From the NCBI GenBank assembly GCA_038133925.1, contig JAYPUF010000001.1:16201-80200 (forward strand): a stretch of DNA of 64,000 nt. Reading direction: 5' to 3'. Shown piece after piece: positions 9,304 through 19,684 of the stretch. Positions within the stretch are counted from its first letter, which is position 1; each line of letters starts with the position of its first letter. The position numbers and the translations under genes were made by a program. Under the pieces are notes generated by a model. That model was given only the letters and a program-made list of their open reading frames with translations. It made no database searches and had not been told where the DNA came from. The stretch comes from Marivivens sp. (GTDB lineage Bacteria; Pseudomonadota; Alphaproteobacteria; Rhodobacterales; Rhodobacteraceae).

Positions 9304-10608
9304 TTATTCGCCGAAGACGCGGCGGAAGATCGTATCGACATGTTTGGTGTGATATTCCATGTCGAACTTTTCGTTGATGCCGTCTTCGCCCAGAGCTTTG
9401 ACCACTTCGGCATCTGCGAGAAGTAGCTCGCGGAAGTCGAGACGCTCTTCCCAGACTTTGAGCGCGTTGCGCTGAACCATCGAGTAGGCATCTTCACGAC
9501 TCACGCCCGCTTGGGTGAGGGCGAGAAGCACACGCTGCGACATCACAAGACCGGGGAACTTGTTCATGTTGTCGAGCATGTTCTGCGGGAACACGAGCAT
9601 CTTGTCGATCACGCCTGTGAGACGGTTCAACGCGAAGTCGAGGGTAATGGTGGTGTCCGGCCCGATGGCACGCTCCACAGAAGAGTGCGAAATGTCACGC
9701 TCGTGCCAAAGTGCGACGTTTTCCATCGCGGGGATGACCGACATACGCACGAGACGGGCAAGACCGGTCAGGTTCTCGGTCAGAACTGGGTTCTTCTTGT
9801 GCGGCATCGCAGACGAACCCTTTTGGCCCATCGAGAAGAATTCTGCGCCTTCAAGAACTTCAGTGCGCTGCATGTGGCGAATTTCGATGGCGACGTTTTC
9901 GATCGACGAGGCAATAACGCCTAGGGTCGCAAAGAACATCGCGTGGCGGTCACGTGGGATAACTTGGGTCGAGATCGGTTCAGGCGAAAGGCCGAGCTTT
10001 TCGCAGACGTGCTCTTCGACGCGCGGGTCGATGTTCGCAAATGTGCCGACAGCGCCCGAAATCGCACCGGTCGCGATTTCTTCGCGGGCGAGCTTGAGAC
10101 GGGCAAGGTTGCGGTCCATTTCAGCGTAGAAGCGGGCAAAGGTCAGGCCCATTGTGGTCGGCTCGGCGTGAATGCCGTGGCTGCGACCGACGCGGACGGA
10201 GTTCTTGTGCTCCATTGCGCGTTTCTTGAGCGCAGCGAGAAGGGCTTCCATATCCTTGATCAGAATGTCGGAGGCGCGAACCAGCTGAACGTTAAAGCAG
10301 GTGTCCAGAACGTCCGAAGAGGTCATGCCCTGATGCACAAAGCGGGCTTCTTCCGAGCCGACGTGTTCTGCAAGGTGGGTAAGGAACGCAATAACGTCGT
10401 GCTTTGTGACGGCTTCGATTTCGTCGATGCGGTCAACGTTGAATTCGACGTCCTTGGCTTTCCAGACTGCGTCAGCATTTTCGCGCGGGATCACGCCCAG
10501 ATCGGCCTGTGCATCACAGGCATGCGCCTCGATCTCGTACCAGATTTTGAACTTGGTTTCCGGCGACCAGATGGCAACCATATCGGGGCGGGCGTAACGG
10601 GGGATCAT
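9304..10608 (-). CDS. purB: Adenylosuccinate lyase
   Basis: Starts MIPRYARP (ATG 10608); motifs HQGMTSSD, GRSHGIHAEPTT and GSSAMPHKKNP. Confidence 0.97.
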   Translation of the reverse strand: MIPRYARPDMVAIWSPETKFKIWYEIEAHACDAQADLGVIPRENADAVWKAKDVEFNVDRIDEIEAVTKHDVIAFLTHLAEHVGSEEARFVHQGMTSSDVLDTCFNVQLVRASDILIKDMEALLAALKKRAMEHKNSVRVGRSHGIHAEPTTMGLTFARFYAEMDRNLARLKLAREEIATGAISGAVGTFANIDPRVEEHVCEKLGLSPEPISTQVIPRDRHAMFFATLGVIASSIENVAIEIRHMQRTEVLEGAEFFSMGQKGSSAMPHKKNPVLTENLTGLARLVRMSVIPAMENVALWHERDISHSSVERAIGPDTTITLDFALNRLTGVIDKMLVFPQNMLDNMNKFPGLVMSQRVLLALTQAGVSREDAYSMVQRNALKVWEERLDFRELLLADAEVVKALGEDGINEKFDMEYHTKHVDTIFRRVFGE

Positions 10609-10801
10609 AGCGAGCAGCCTCTTTGTCATAAGGATTGGCTGCCTCTTAATGCCAAGGGGGGCTGGCGGCAAGTCTGATGGGGTAAGTCCTTTGCTGAAAG
10701 GTATCCAAAAGCGTCGGCATTGTCTCGCTTGGGGTCGCGGCCAACGATTGTCAAACCTGTAAACAAAGGTAAGTTGCGGTCGAGGAGCCAATAGAGAGCA
10801 G

Positions 10802-11683
10802 ATGTCGAGGTTCACTAGAACAATTGCGGTGTTGATCCTTTTCGGGATCGGATTCTCCCATTTGGGAAGCCTGATTGCCTTTGCGGATTCATTGGCCGTT
10901 GTACGCCCGCTGTTGCTCATCGCAGGTTATGCGGTTGTCTTTGCACTGTTGTTTATGCGCACACGTCTCTTTGCCGCTTTCGTGCTTGCCGGTGTGGTTA
11001 CGTCGAGCATTGATACAATCTGGGCGCTGCATGGAGGGCAGGGACAAGCTGGCTCTCTTTCGCTCTATCAAAAGAACATGCTTTGGAATGGCACAGACCG
11101 TCAGTCTTTGCTTGATGACATCCTTCGGGCAGACGCAGATTTTGTCACGCTTCAAGAAACCTCGAACGACAATATGGGCGTATTGAATGGGCTTGAGAGC
11201 GTTTATCCGCACCGTTTAGCCTGTACGACTGCGGGCAATGGCGGCATTGCGATCTATTCAAAGTATCCTCTGACCCAGCCGGACCCAAAGTGTGAGTTCG
11301 GCGACGGTGTTGTTGTGGCGCAGGCTGAGTTGCCGGGCGGTGGGGCGGTTTGGGTGGCTTCGGTGCATTTGAACTGGCCGTTCCCTTATACGCAGGCGAA
11401 CCAAGTCCCTGCGATCACCACAGGGCTTGCAGCTCTGGAAGGGCCGATCCTCGTTGGAGGCGACTTTAATATGGTGCCATGGGGGGGCTCGGTGCGCCTC
11501 ATTGAAAAGGCAGCGCGGGCTGAACGTCTCGGTGGATACTTGACGACTTTTCCAACTTTTGGCTGGAAGTTGATCCTGCCAATCGACCACGTCTTAATCC
11601 CTGAGACGGGAGAGGGTTTTGTAGAGGTGCGCCCCTTGCACGGGTCTGACCATCTTGGGCTCTTGGCACGCTTTTCGATTTGA
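10802..11683 (+). CDS. Membrane-anchored endonuclease/exonuclease/phosphatase-family protein
   Basis: N-terminal TM segments; DFVTLQE, GGDFN, IDHVL and SDH motifs. Confidence 0.85.
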   Translation: MSRFTRTIAVLILFGIGFSHLGSLIAFADSLAVVRPLLLIAGYAVVFALLFMRTRLFAAFVLAGVVTSSIDTIWALHGGQGQAGSLSLYQKNMLWNGTDRQSLLDDILRADADFVTLQETSNDNMGVLNGLESVYPHRLACTTAGNGGIAIYSKYPLTQPDPKCEFGDGVVVAQAELPGGGAVWVASVHLNWPFPYTQANQVPAITTGLAALEGPILVGGDFNMVPWGGSVRLIEKAARAERLGGYLTTFPTFGWKLILPIDHVLIPETGEGFVEVRPLHGSDHLGLLARFSI

Positions 11684-11696
11684 ACAAGGCTTGAGC

Positions 11697-12425
11697 ATGG
11701 TTGCAATTCTTCAAGACAGCTTGCCCGAGGATCAGCGCATTGCAGCTGGTTTTCCGCTCCCCAAAATGCAGCCCGTCACTGGACCGATTTTGCGCGTAGA
11801 TGAGGCTTACACCCTACAGGTCACCGAAAAGCTTCGACTGCTCCAAGAGAACGCCGCCGCGCATATTGCGGTACTTCCCACTGCTGAAGCTGCGGTAAAC
11901 GAGCTTTATCATTTCGTCCTCGATGAACTGCGCCACTTGGGCGGCTTTGAGGTCACGGTTGATAAGGTGAATTGTCCGGACGGGCATGTTGTGACGCTTG
12001 ATCCCGAAAGGCCGCTCGAAACGCTTGCGGCTCTTATCCAAGAAGACCTATGTATCTTGCAAAAACAAGGTGACGAGCATGTGCTCACTGCCGCACTACT
12101 TGGATTTCCTGCCGCTTGGACCCTATCGGAAAAGATCGGCCATCCGCTAACGCGTATTCACATGCCTGTGCATCATTATGAGGCGTCGATCGCATCGCGG
12201 GTTCAGCGGTTCTTTGATGGGGTGCAGGTGGGGCGGCCGCTTTGGCGTGCCAATCTCCTCCGCTATCAAAACTACGAACTGTATCAGGCGCATAGCGAGG
12301 CTAATCCGCGGCCAGTGGGGACGGAGAACAGCCCCTATATACGCAGCGAACGACAAACCGTATTCCGATTGCCAAAGACGGATGCAGTGGTGTTTTCGAT
12401 AAAGACGGTCGTGATAAAAGCTTAG
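11697..12425 (+). CDS. DUF3445 / heme-dependent oxidative N-demethylase alpha-subunit family protein
   Basis: Motifs QEDLCIL, FPAAWTLSEKIG, IHMPV, RSERQT and VVFSI. Confidence 0.8.
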   Translation: MVAILQDSLPEDQRIAAGFPLPKMQPVTGPILRVDEAYTLQVTEKLRLLQENAAAHIAVLPTAEAAVNELYHFVLDELRHLGGFEVTVDKVNCPDGHVVTLDPERPLETLAALIQEDLCILQKQGDEHVLTAALLGFPAAWTLSEKIGHPLTRIHMPVHHYEASIASRVQRFFDGVQVGRPLWRANLLRYQNYELYQAHSEANPRPVGTENSPYIRSERQTVFRLPKTDAVVFSIKTVVIKA

Positions 12426-12631
12426 CGCTTTATCAGGCTCCGAAGTCGCTCAAGGCGGCTAGGGGCGTTTACAGTATCTTCGCAAATCTGCGGATGAATA
12501 TTCTTGGGCTGGCTTCCAAACAGTCGTCCTTGACGCGCAGTTTGCGCCTTCCAGCGCTTTTCAATCGCTGCAATGCGTTCTTCGGTCGGAAGGTCCTGAA
12601 AGGACAGAGGTGTTTTTTGATCGAAAGCCAT
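12422..12631 (-). CDS. Small hypothetical protein (69 aa)
   Basis: ATG 12631, MAFDQKTPLSFQDLPTEERIAAIEKRW; fills the gap and its stop overlaps the DUF3445 stop; no clear SD. Confidence 0.45.
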   Translation of the reverse strand: MAFDQKTPLSFQDLPTEERIAAIEKRWKAQTARQGRLFGSQPKNIHPQICEDTVNAPSRLERLRSLIKR

Positions 12632-12786
12632 AACGAGCCCAGAAAAGTAACAATTACAAAGACAAGCACTCACTTGCCCGCTTTTGTAGTTACGGCTCGA
12701 ATGAGGCCTGATTTAGACCTTCATGTGCGAATAGTCTGACCATTCTCGCGTTTTTTAATGACTTTCGGTGCTCTGCATCAAAAATG

Positions 12787-12813
12787 AAAAAGGGCACCCG
12801 AAGGTGCCCTTTT
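12787..12813 (-). terminator. glnA terminator
   Basis: AAAAAGGGCACC-cgaa-GGTGCCCTTTT. Confidence 0.85.
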
Positions 12814-12834
12814 CCGAAGATATCAACAGTGCGA

Positions 12835-14241
12835 TTAGCAGCTGTAGTACATCTGGTATTCGATCGGGTGCGGAGTGTGCTCGTAGGCGTAAACTTCCTG
12901 CCACTTGAGGTCCATGTAGGCCTGAAGCTGCTCTTTGGTGAACACGTCACCAGCGAGGAGGAAGTCCATGTCTGCTTCGAGAGCTTCGAGAGCTTCGCGG
13001 AGCGAACCACAAACGGTCGGGATTGCTGCCAGTTCTTCCGGCGGCAGATCGTAAAGGTCCTTGTCCGACGACGGGCCCGGATCGATCTTGTTCTTGATGC
13101 CGTCAAGGCCAGCCATAAGCAGAGCCGAGAATGCAAGGTAGGGGTTCGCTGCCGGATCGGGGAAGCGAGCCTCAACGCGCTTGGCCTTCGGCGACTCCGA
13201 CCACGGAATACGAACGCAACCCGAACGGTTACGAGCCGAGTACGCACGAAGAACCGGAGCTTCGAAGCCCGGGATCAGACGCTTGTACGAGTTGGTCGAC
13301 GGGTTGGTCAGCGCGTTAAGAGCCTTAGCGTGCTTGAGGATACCACCGATGAAGTAGAGAGCTTCCTGCGAAAGGTCTGCATACTTGTCGCCAGCGAAGA
13401 GCGGCTTGCCGTCTTTCCAGATCGACATGTTCACGTGCATACCCGAACCGTTGTCGCCTGCCATCGGCTTGGGCATGAAGGTTGCCGACTTGCCGTAGGA
13501 CTGCGCTACGTTGTGGATGATGTACTTGTACTTCTGGATGTTGTCGGCCTGCTGAACAAGACCACCGAAGATCATGCCAAGCTCGTGCTGACAGGTCGCC
13601 ACTTCGTGGTGGTGCTTGTCGACTTTGATGCCGATACGCTTCATGGTCGAGAGCATCTCGCCGCGGATGTCCTGAGCTTCGTCGATCGGGTTGACCGGGA
13701 AGTAGCCGCCCTTGTGGCCAGCGCGGTGAGCAAGGTTGCCCATTTCCATCTCAGCGTCGGTGTTCCAAGCAGCTGCTTCAGCATCGATCTGGTAAGCAAC
13801 TTTGGACGGGGTAACCGAGTAACGTACGTTGTCGAAAAGGAAGAATTCAGCTTCCGGACCGAAGTACGAGGTGTCGCCGATACCCGAGGACTTGAGGTAA
13901 GCTTCGGCTTTCTTTGCGATCTGGCGCGGGCAACGGTCGTATGCTTCGCCGGTGTCAGGCTCAACAACGTCGCAGTGAATTGCGAGGGTTGCTTCTGCGT
14001 AGAAGGGGTCCATGTAGGCCGACGAGGTGTCGGGCATGAGTTTCATGTCGGACTGGTCGATCGACTTCCAGCCAGCGATGGACGAACCATCGAACATGAA
14101 GCCTTCTTCGAGGAAGTCTTCGTCTACGAGATCGGCAACAACAGTAACGTGCTGGAGCTTACCCTTGGGGTCGGTGAAACGGATGTCGACATACTGAATG
14201 TCTTCATCCTTTAAAAGTGCTAGAACTTCCTTGGTGTTCAT
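12835..14241 (-). CDS. glnA: Glutamine synthetase type I
   Basis: FDGSSI, HHHEVA, ATFMPKP, NGSGMH and RNRS motifs; adenylylation-site [10 protein letters not shown]. Confidence 0.98.
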   Translation of the reverse strand: MNTKEVLALLKDEDIQYVDIRFTDPKGKLQHVTVVADLVDEDFLEEGFMFDGSSIAGWKSIDQSDMKLMPDTSSAYMDPFYAEATLAIHCDVVEPDTGEAYDRCPRQIAKKAEAYLKSSGIGDTSYFGPEAEFFLFDNVRYSVTPSKVAYQIDAEAAAWNTDAEMEMGNLAHRAGHKGGYFPVNPIDEAQDIRGEMLSTMKRIGIKVDKHHHEVATCQHELGMIFGGLVQQADNIQKYKYIIHNVAQSYGKSATFMPKPMAGDNGSGMHVNMSIWKDGKPLFAGDKYADLSQEALYFIGGILKHAKALNALTNPSTNSYKRLIPGFEAPVLRAYSARNRSGCVRIPWSESPKAKRVEARFPDPAANPYLAFSALLMAGLDGIKNKIDPGPSSDKDLYDLPPEELAAIPTVCGSLREALEALEADMDFLLAGDVFTKEQLQAYMDLKWQEVYAYEHTPHPIEYQMYYSC

Positions 14242-14279
14242 CCCTAGTTTCCTCTTGGACTGAATTCTTAAGGGGCGGA

Positions 14280-14746
<467 letters not shown>

Positions 14747-14896
14747 ATACGATTGATGAAAGTGCGGTTTGAAAACTTTTCTTGCACGTTTGGGGGCATC
14801 TTTACTGTCGAGCGCTTAATTCGCGATCAAAGCGAAGTCTCGAGCTTGCACGATAAAGTGGAGTGGGCGAGGCTCGAGGAAAGACAGGAAAGCCAT

Positions 14897-16396
14897 ATGC
14901 ACGATCTTATCACAGCTGCACAGATGCGTCAGGCCGAAGCGGACCAAATCGCGACTGGCCGAGCTTCCGGGCTAGATCTGATGGAGCGGGCAGGGTGCGG
15001 AGTGGTAGATGCAATTCTCGCAGCGCAGCCGGAATTCGCGCATGCGCCGCAAAGTGTGGCAGTCCTCTGCGGTCCGGGGAACAATGGCGGTGATGGCTAT
15101 GTGATCGCGCGTCTCCTGAAAGAAAGAGGCTGGGGCGTTGATGTCTTTGCGTTTGGTGATCCTGCAAAGCTTCCCCCAGATGCTTACGCGTCCTATCAGC
15201 GATGGCTGGCGATCGGTTCAGTCTTGCCGCTCAACGCCTTTCATGGAGGCCAAAGGGTGGGGGTGGATGCCTTATTTGGCATCGGCATTTCTCGAGCAAT
15301 CCCATCTGAATGCGCCAGCGCGCTCGATTTCCTCGGGTCGATGTACGCGGTCGCTGTTGATTGCCCGTCTGGACTCGATGTCGATACCGGCGATTGGCTC
15401 GGTCCAGAGTGGGTGCCTGATCTCTGCGTAACCTTTCACAAACCGAAAATCGGGCACTTCCTTGGAGAAGTCGCAAGCCAACGTCCAGTGATCGTGGACA
15501 TCGGCCTGAAGCGAGACGATTCGCTCAGCGTGAAATTGGTAGATGCGAATAAGGCGTGGTTAGACAGAGTTGCGTTTGGTTATCACCTTGGCGCGCATAA
15601 ATATGATCGTGGTCACACGCTTGTCGTAGGAGGAGGCGTTGGCAGAGGTGGAGCAGGGCGACTTGCCGCGCGGGCCGCGCTGCGGGCTGGGGTTGGGCTC
15701 GCCACGCTTGGTGTGCCCCGCGCTGCGATTTCCGAAAACGCGGCGCGCCTAGATGCCATCATGCTGCGCGAGGTTGATACCCCCGCTGACCTTGACGAGC
15801 TCCTTGGCGATCCGCGCTATTCGTCTGTGTGCCTTGGTCCGGGGCTCGGTGTAGGGGCCGAAACGCAGCAAATGGCGGCAATTGCGTTGAGTAATCCAGA
15901 ACGCAAAGTCGTTTTGGATGCGGATGCTCTCACGAGTTTTATGGGCAAGCCCGACACGCTTTTTTCCTTGGTAAAAGGGCAGGTCGTGATGACACCACAT
16001 GAAGGCGAGTTTGCGCGCCTTTTCCCTGATCTTGGTGAACGCATGCGCACGATTTCAAAGCTTGAGGCCGCATGTCTCGCTGCAAAACGTTCTGGGATGA
16101 CTGTTCTATTAAAAGGCGCGGCGACCGTGATTGCGAGTCCAGACGGACGCGCTTCGATCCATGCTGCGCTTTATGATCGTCGGGCGCCTTGGCTCGGAAC
16201 GGCTGGTGCTGGTGATGTCCTTGCAGGGATGATCGCTGGGCTTGTTGCAGGTGGCGGCGCGTTGGAGCATTTCCACGACAAAATAGAAGCCGCGACTTGG
16301 CTTCATGTCGAGGCCGCGCGCACCTTTGGCCCAGCTTTGATTGCAGAGGATATTGCAGATCAGATCCCCGCAGTTCTTAGACGGCTTGGGTACTAA
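14897..16396 (+). CDS. nnr: Bifunctional NAD(P)H-hydrate epimerase/dehydratase
   Basis: YjeF-N motifs LMERAG, GPGNNGGDG and DCPSG; YjeF-C motifs HKYDRG, GPGLG, TPHEGEF and GAGDVLAG. Confidence 0.92.
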   Translation: MHDLITAAQMRQAEADQIATGRASGLDLMERAGCGVVDAILAAQPEFAHAPQSVAVLCGPGNNGGDGYVIARLLKERGWGVDVFAFGDPAKLPPDAYASYQRWLAIGSVLPLNAFHGGQRVGVDALFGIGISRAIPSECASALDFLGSMYAVAVDCPSGLDVDTGDWLGPEWVPDLCVTFHKPKIGHFLGEVASQRPVIVDIGLKRDDSLSVKLVDANKAWLDRVAFGYHLGAHKYDRGHTLVVGGGVGRGGAGRLAARAALRAGVGLATLGVPRAAISENAARLDAIMLREVDTPADLDELLGDPRYSSVCLGPGLGVGAETQQMAAIALSNPERKVVLDADALTSFMGKPDTLFSLVKGQVVMTPHEGEFARLFPDLGERMRTISKLEAACLAAKRSGMTVLLKGAATVIASPDGRASIHAALYDRRAPWLGTAGAGDVLAGMIAGLVAGGGALEHFHDKIEAATWLHVEAARTFGPALIAEDIADQIPAVLRRLGY

Positions 16397-16401
16397 AATA
16401 G

Positions 16402-16425
16402 AAACGCCGCCTTAAAGGCGGCGCT
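16402..16425. terminator. Terminator hairpin between the convergent nnr and Hint genes
   Basis: CGCCGCCT-taa-AGGCGGCG with an A-rich left flank. Confidence 0.65.
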
Positions 16426-16450
16426 AGAGGTCCCGTCTTGGAAGGGGAAC

Positions 16451-16918
16451 TCAAACCTCTGAGGTCGCAACCTCCACACCATCTGCATAGATGATGTGCT
16501 GGCGGTCGAACTTGAGGTCAAAAATCTTTACTTGGGTCTTAGCCGCTTGCGAAATGAACTCGCCATCAACCAGACGACGGGCAGGAACCAACGCGGGCGA
16601 TTTGCCAAATAGCGCCTGAGCACGCCAGTCGCGGATGTGAATAAGCGTATCGGGGGATGTCAGCATTTCGGCTTCGGGACGGTTGTGACCGAGCGAGCCT
16701 GCTTTGATCTTGATCGGTGCCATCGTCACTTCGGTCGCAGCCATTCCTTTAAGGACAGCCATACCGGCGTCACGGGTAATGATGCGGTCACCAATCTGAA
16801 GATCTTCGACCTTCATTTCACCCTTGAGCGTCAGAACAGTCGTGCCAGCAACGAGACCGGTACGCTTGGTAAGCGCGACGTTAAAAGTCTGGCCGGTTTT
16901 TGCGATCGTGGTCTGCAT
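16451..16918 (-). CDS. Stand-alone Hint (bacterial intein-like) domain protein, degenerate
   Basis: GLVAGTTVLT..GEMKVEDL..GDRIITRD, GSLG..RP, LVPARRL and FDRQHIIYADG follow the alphaproteobacterial Hint_2 pattern. Confidence 0.8.
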   Translation of the reverse strand: MQTTIAKTGQTFNVALTKRTGLVAGTTVLTLKGEMKVEDLQIGDRIITRDAGMAVLKGMAATEVTMAPIKIKAGSLGHNRPEAEMLTSPDTLIHIRDWRAQALFGKSPALVPARRLVDGEFISQAAKTQVKIFDLKFDRQHIIYADGVEVATSEV

Positions 16919-17057
16919 GTTCTTCTCCGCTCTTTCAGCTTCCCCTTAATTTACGGCAGAATGTGGCGGAAATTAGTTCTCGAAAGGATAATTTTGGGGG
17001 CAATCGGAATTTTAGGTCTCGCAACCGCCGAAAACCTTTGCTAGATGCAGGCGCAGT

Positions 17058-17142
17058 GCGGGTGTGGCGAAATTGGTAGACGCACCAGATTTAGGTTCTG
17101 GCGCCGCAAGGCGTGGGGGTTCAAGTCCCTCCACCCGCACCA
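17058..17142 (+). tRNA. tRNA-Leu (anticodon TAG)
   Basis: Acceptor stem GCGGGTG/CACCCGC, anticodon arm CCAGA-TTTAGGT-TCTGG, long variable arm, GTTCAAGTC T-loop and encoded CCA. Confidence 0.97.
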
Positions 17143-17553
17143 ACATCCTGAAAGATTTGAATAATTGCGTGTTGCTCATCGCTTGGAGTGCACTGCTATT
17201 GCGCGTTATGTGCTTGAGCTATTCAATCTTGTCGGGCGTAGATTCACATGGGCTGCCTACGCAGTAACATTATTGAGTGAATCGAATTTTCCATACATTT
17301 TGGCGCGTTTTGCAGCGAAGTGGGTGCTCGAATTCTCAAAAGGATAGATTCGCAGCACTGATTCCGGTTTAGTTTTCTCCGCCAAAGGGCCGTACGTGCG
17401 AGCGCCTGAAAATAAATGGCCAAAGAGCCACTCTGAAACGGCGTCTTTTGCCCTTTTCGCCTTGCTTTGATGCACGACCGCCAATAGAAGGGCGTCTGAT
17501 TTAAAGGCTTGGCCGCAAGGGCGGCCTGACAGAGACGTAGAAGGACGCAAACT

Positions 17554-18885
17554 ATGCAGGTCACCGAGACCCTCAACGAAGGCCTCAAGCGCGGCTACAC
17601 CATCACCGTTACCGCTGCTGAACTCGAAGCCAAAGTAAACGAGAAGCTGATTGAAGCTCAGCCCGAGATCGAGATGAAAGGCTTCCGCAAGGGCAAAGTG
17701 CCGATGGCAATGCTCAAGAAGCAATTCGGTCAGCGCGTTATGGGCGAAGCCATGCAAGAAGCTATCGATGGTGCGATGAACGACCACCTCGAAACTTCGG
17801 GCGACCGTCCCGCGGCTCAGCCCTCGATGAAAATGGCGAATGAAGACTGGAAAGAGGGCGACGACGTTGTTGTAGAAGTTGCTTACGAGCGTCTTCCCGA
17901 TGTTCCCGCTGTAGACTTTGGTTCGATCAAGCTCGAGCGTATGGTTGTTAAGGCCGACGACGCTTCTGTGACCGAAGCCCTTGAAAACCTCGCGAAGACC
18001 TCGAAGCAGTTCGAAGCCCGCCGCAAAGGTTCCAAGGCTAAGGATGGCGATCAGGTTATCATCGACTTCGTTGGTAAAGTTGACGGCGAAGAGTTCGACG
18101 GCGGCAAAGCTGAAGACTATCCGCTCGTTCTTGGTTCGAACTCCTTCATCCCCGGCTTTGAAGCTGGCGTAGAAGGCATGAAAGCCGAAGAAACCAAAGA
18201 CGTTGAAGTGAAGTTCCCGGAAAGCTATGGCGCTGAGAACCTTGCTGGCAAGGACGCTGTTTTCACCGTCACCGTCAAAGAAGTTAAAGCTCCGAAGGAT
18301 GCTGAGATCGATGACGAGCTAGCGAAGAACTTCGGCGCAGAAAGCCTCGAAGCGCTTAAGGGCCAGATCGCTGAGCGTCTTGAAGCAGAATACACCGGCG
18401 CAACACGCGCAGTTGCCAAGCGTGCTCTTCTCGACGCACTCGACAAGGCTGTTACGTTTGAACTTCCGCCGAGCCTCGTTGAAGCAGAAGCAAACCAGAT
18501 CGCACACCAGCTTTGGCACGAAGAGAACCCCGAAGTTCACGATCACAACCACGGTTCGATCGATGCAACGGACGAGCACAAGTCACTTGCTGAGCGCCGC
18601 GTAAAGCTTGGTCTTCTCCTCGCTGACGTCGGCCAGAAGGCAGAGATTCAAGTTTCGGATGCTGAACTGACCCAAGCAGTCATGAACCAGGCACGTCAGT
18701 ACCCGGGTCAAGAGCGTCAGTTCTTTGAATTCGTTCAGCAGAACGCTCAGTTCCGCCAGCAGCTTCAGGCACCGATTTTCGAAGATAAGGTTGTAGACCA
18801 CATCCTCGCGAATGCGTCGGTCTCGGAAAAAGAAGCTTCGAAGGACGATCTTCAGAAGGCTATCGAAGCTCTCGACGAAGAGTGA
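17554..18885 (+). CDS. tig: Trigger factor
   Basis: GFRKGKVP ribosome-binding loop and FKBP domain (IDFVG...FIPGFE). Confidence 0.97.
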   Translation: MQVTETLNEGLKRGYTITVTAAELEAKVNEKLIEAQPEIEMKGFRKGKVPMAMLKKQFGQRVMGEAMQEAIDGAMNDHLETSGDRPAAQPSMKMANEDWKEGDDVVVEVAYERLPDVPAVDFGSIKLERMVVKADDASVTEALENLAKTSKQFEARRKGSKAKDGDQVIIDFVGKVDGEEFDGGKAEDYPLVLGSNSFIPGFEAGVEGMKAEETKDVEVKFPESYGAENLAGKDAVFTVTVKEVKAPKDAEIDDELAKNFGAESLEALKGQIAERLEAEYTGATRAVAKRALLDALDKAVTFELPPSLVEAEANQIAHQLWHEENPEVHDHNHGSIDATDEHKSLAERRVKLGLLLADVGQKAEIQVSDAELTQAVMNQARQYPGQERQFFEFVQQNAQFRQQLQAPIFEDKVVDHILANASVSEKEASKDDLQKAIEALDEE

Positions 18886-18912
18886 TTTCTTCGAAAAAAC
18901 TAGAATGATTGG

Positions 18913-18937
18913 AAAAGCGCCCTTTCGGGCGCTTTTT
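18913..18937 (+). terminator. tig terminator
   Basis: AAAAGCGCCC-tttc-GGGCGCTTTTT. Confidence 0.85.
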
Positions 18938-19003
18938 CATTTTTAAGATTGATTCATCTTTCTGAGCGATTACCCTAAGGTAAAGTAATTTTGGGGGCAT
19001 TTC

Positions 19004-19684
19004 GTGCAAGGGTTGGGTGAAGGCATTTGGCTCATTGATGGTTCGACAGTTGATGTCGCGGGATTCAAATATTCGACAAGAATGGCAGTCATACGTCTTG
19101 AGAACGGCGAGTTGGTTCTATGGTCGCCGATTGAACTGACAGCGCAAATCACTGAATCTGTGAAGTCGCTTGGAGAGGTTGCCCATCTCGTAGCGCCAAA
19201 CTCATTTCATCATATTTTTCTGCGTGATTGGCTTCGCGCGTTTCCAAAGGCAAACCTCTATGCGCCAGCTTCATTTTCTGAGAGGCATAATCAGGTTTAC
19301 GTCGATACGGTTATCGAAGATTTTGATTTTAATGGTGAAATCAAGAGCTTCTGTTACCCGACCGCGATGACAGATGAGGCGGTTCTTTATCACACGAAAA
19401 GCAAAACGATCATCTTCACAGATGTCCTTCAAAACCTGCCGGCTAAGACCTTCAAAGGATGGCGCAAATGGGCTGCGCAGCTTGATCTTATGACAACAGG
19501 AATGCCCGCGGTCCCACGAAAGTTTCGCCTAGCCACCCGTCGGAAGCGTGCACGTCAGGTCATTCAAGAGATGTTGGAAAATCCGATCGAGAACATCGTC
19601 ATCGCACATGGGGAATGCGTATTTGGAAATGGGCGCGCGCATTTGTTTGAGGCCTTCAAGTGGCTCGGTATTTCAGCGCGTTGA
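19004..19684 (+). CDS. DUF4336-family protein (metallo-hydrolase-like)
   Basis: TRMAVIRL.NGEL.LWSP, VAPNSFHH, KTIIFTD and IVIAHG motifs. Confidence 0.8.
   Translation: MQGLGEGIWLIDGSTVDVAGFKYSTRMAVIRLENGELVLWSPIELTAQITESVKSLGEVAHLVAPNSFHHIFLRDWLRAFPKANLYAPASFSERHNQVYVDTVIEDFDFNGEIKSFCYPTAMTDEAVLYHTKSKTIIFTDVLQNLPAKTFKGWRKWAAQLDLMTTGMPAVPRKFRLATRRKRARQVIQEMLENPIENIVIAHGECVFGNGRAHLFEAFKWLGISAR

Noticed and set aside
9304-10920. 538-aa version of purB, and similar N-terminal extensions of secF, ccmC, ccmG, nnr, glnB and the terminase
   Set aside because: These are longest-ORF artefacts; family homology and RBS position point to the downstream starts given in the features.
12784-14214. 476-aa ORF antisense to glnA
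   Set aside because: A shadow ORF caused by strong codon bias in a highly expressed gene; no recognisable motifs.
17064-17267. 67-aa ORF starting MAKLVDAPDLGSG
   Set aside because: It is a translation of tRNA-Leu, a common false call.
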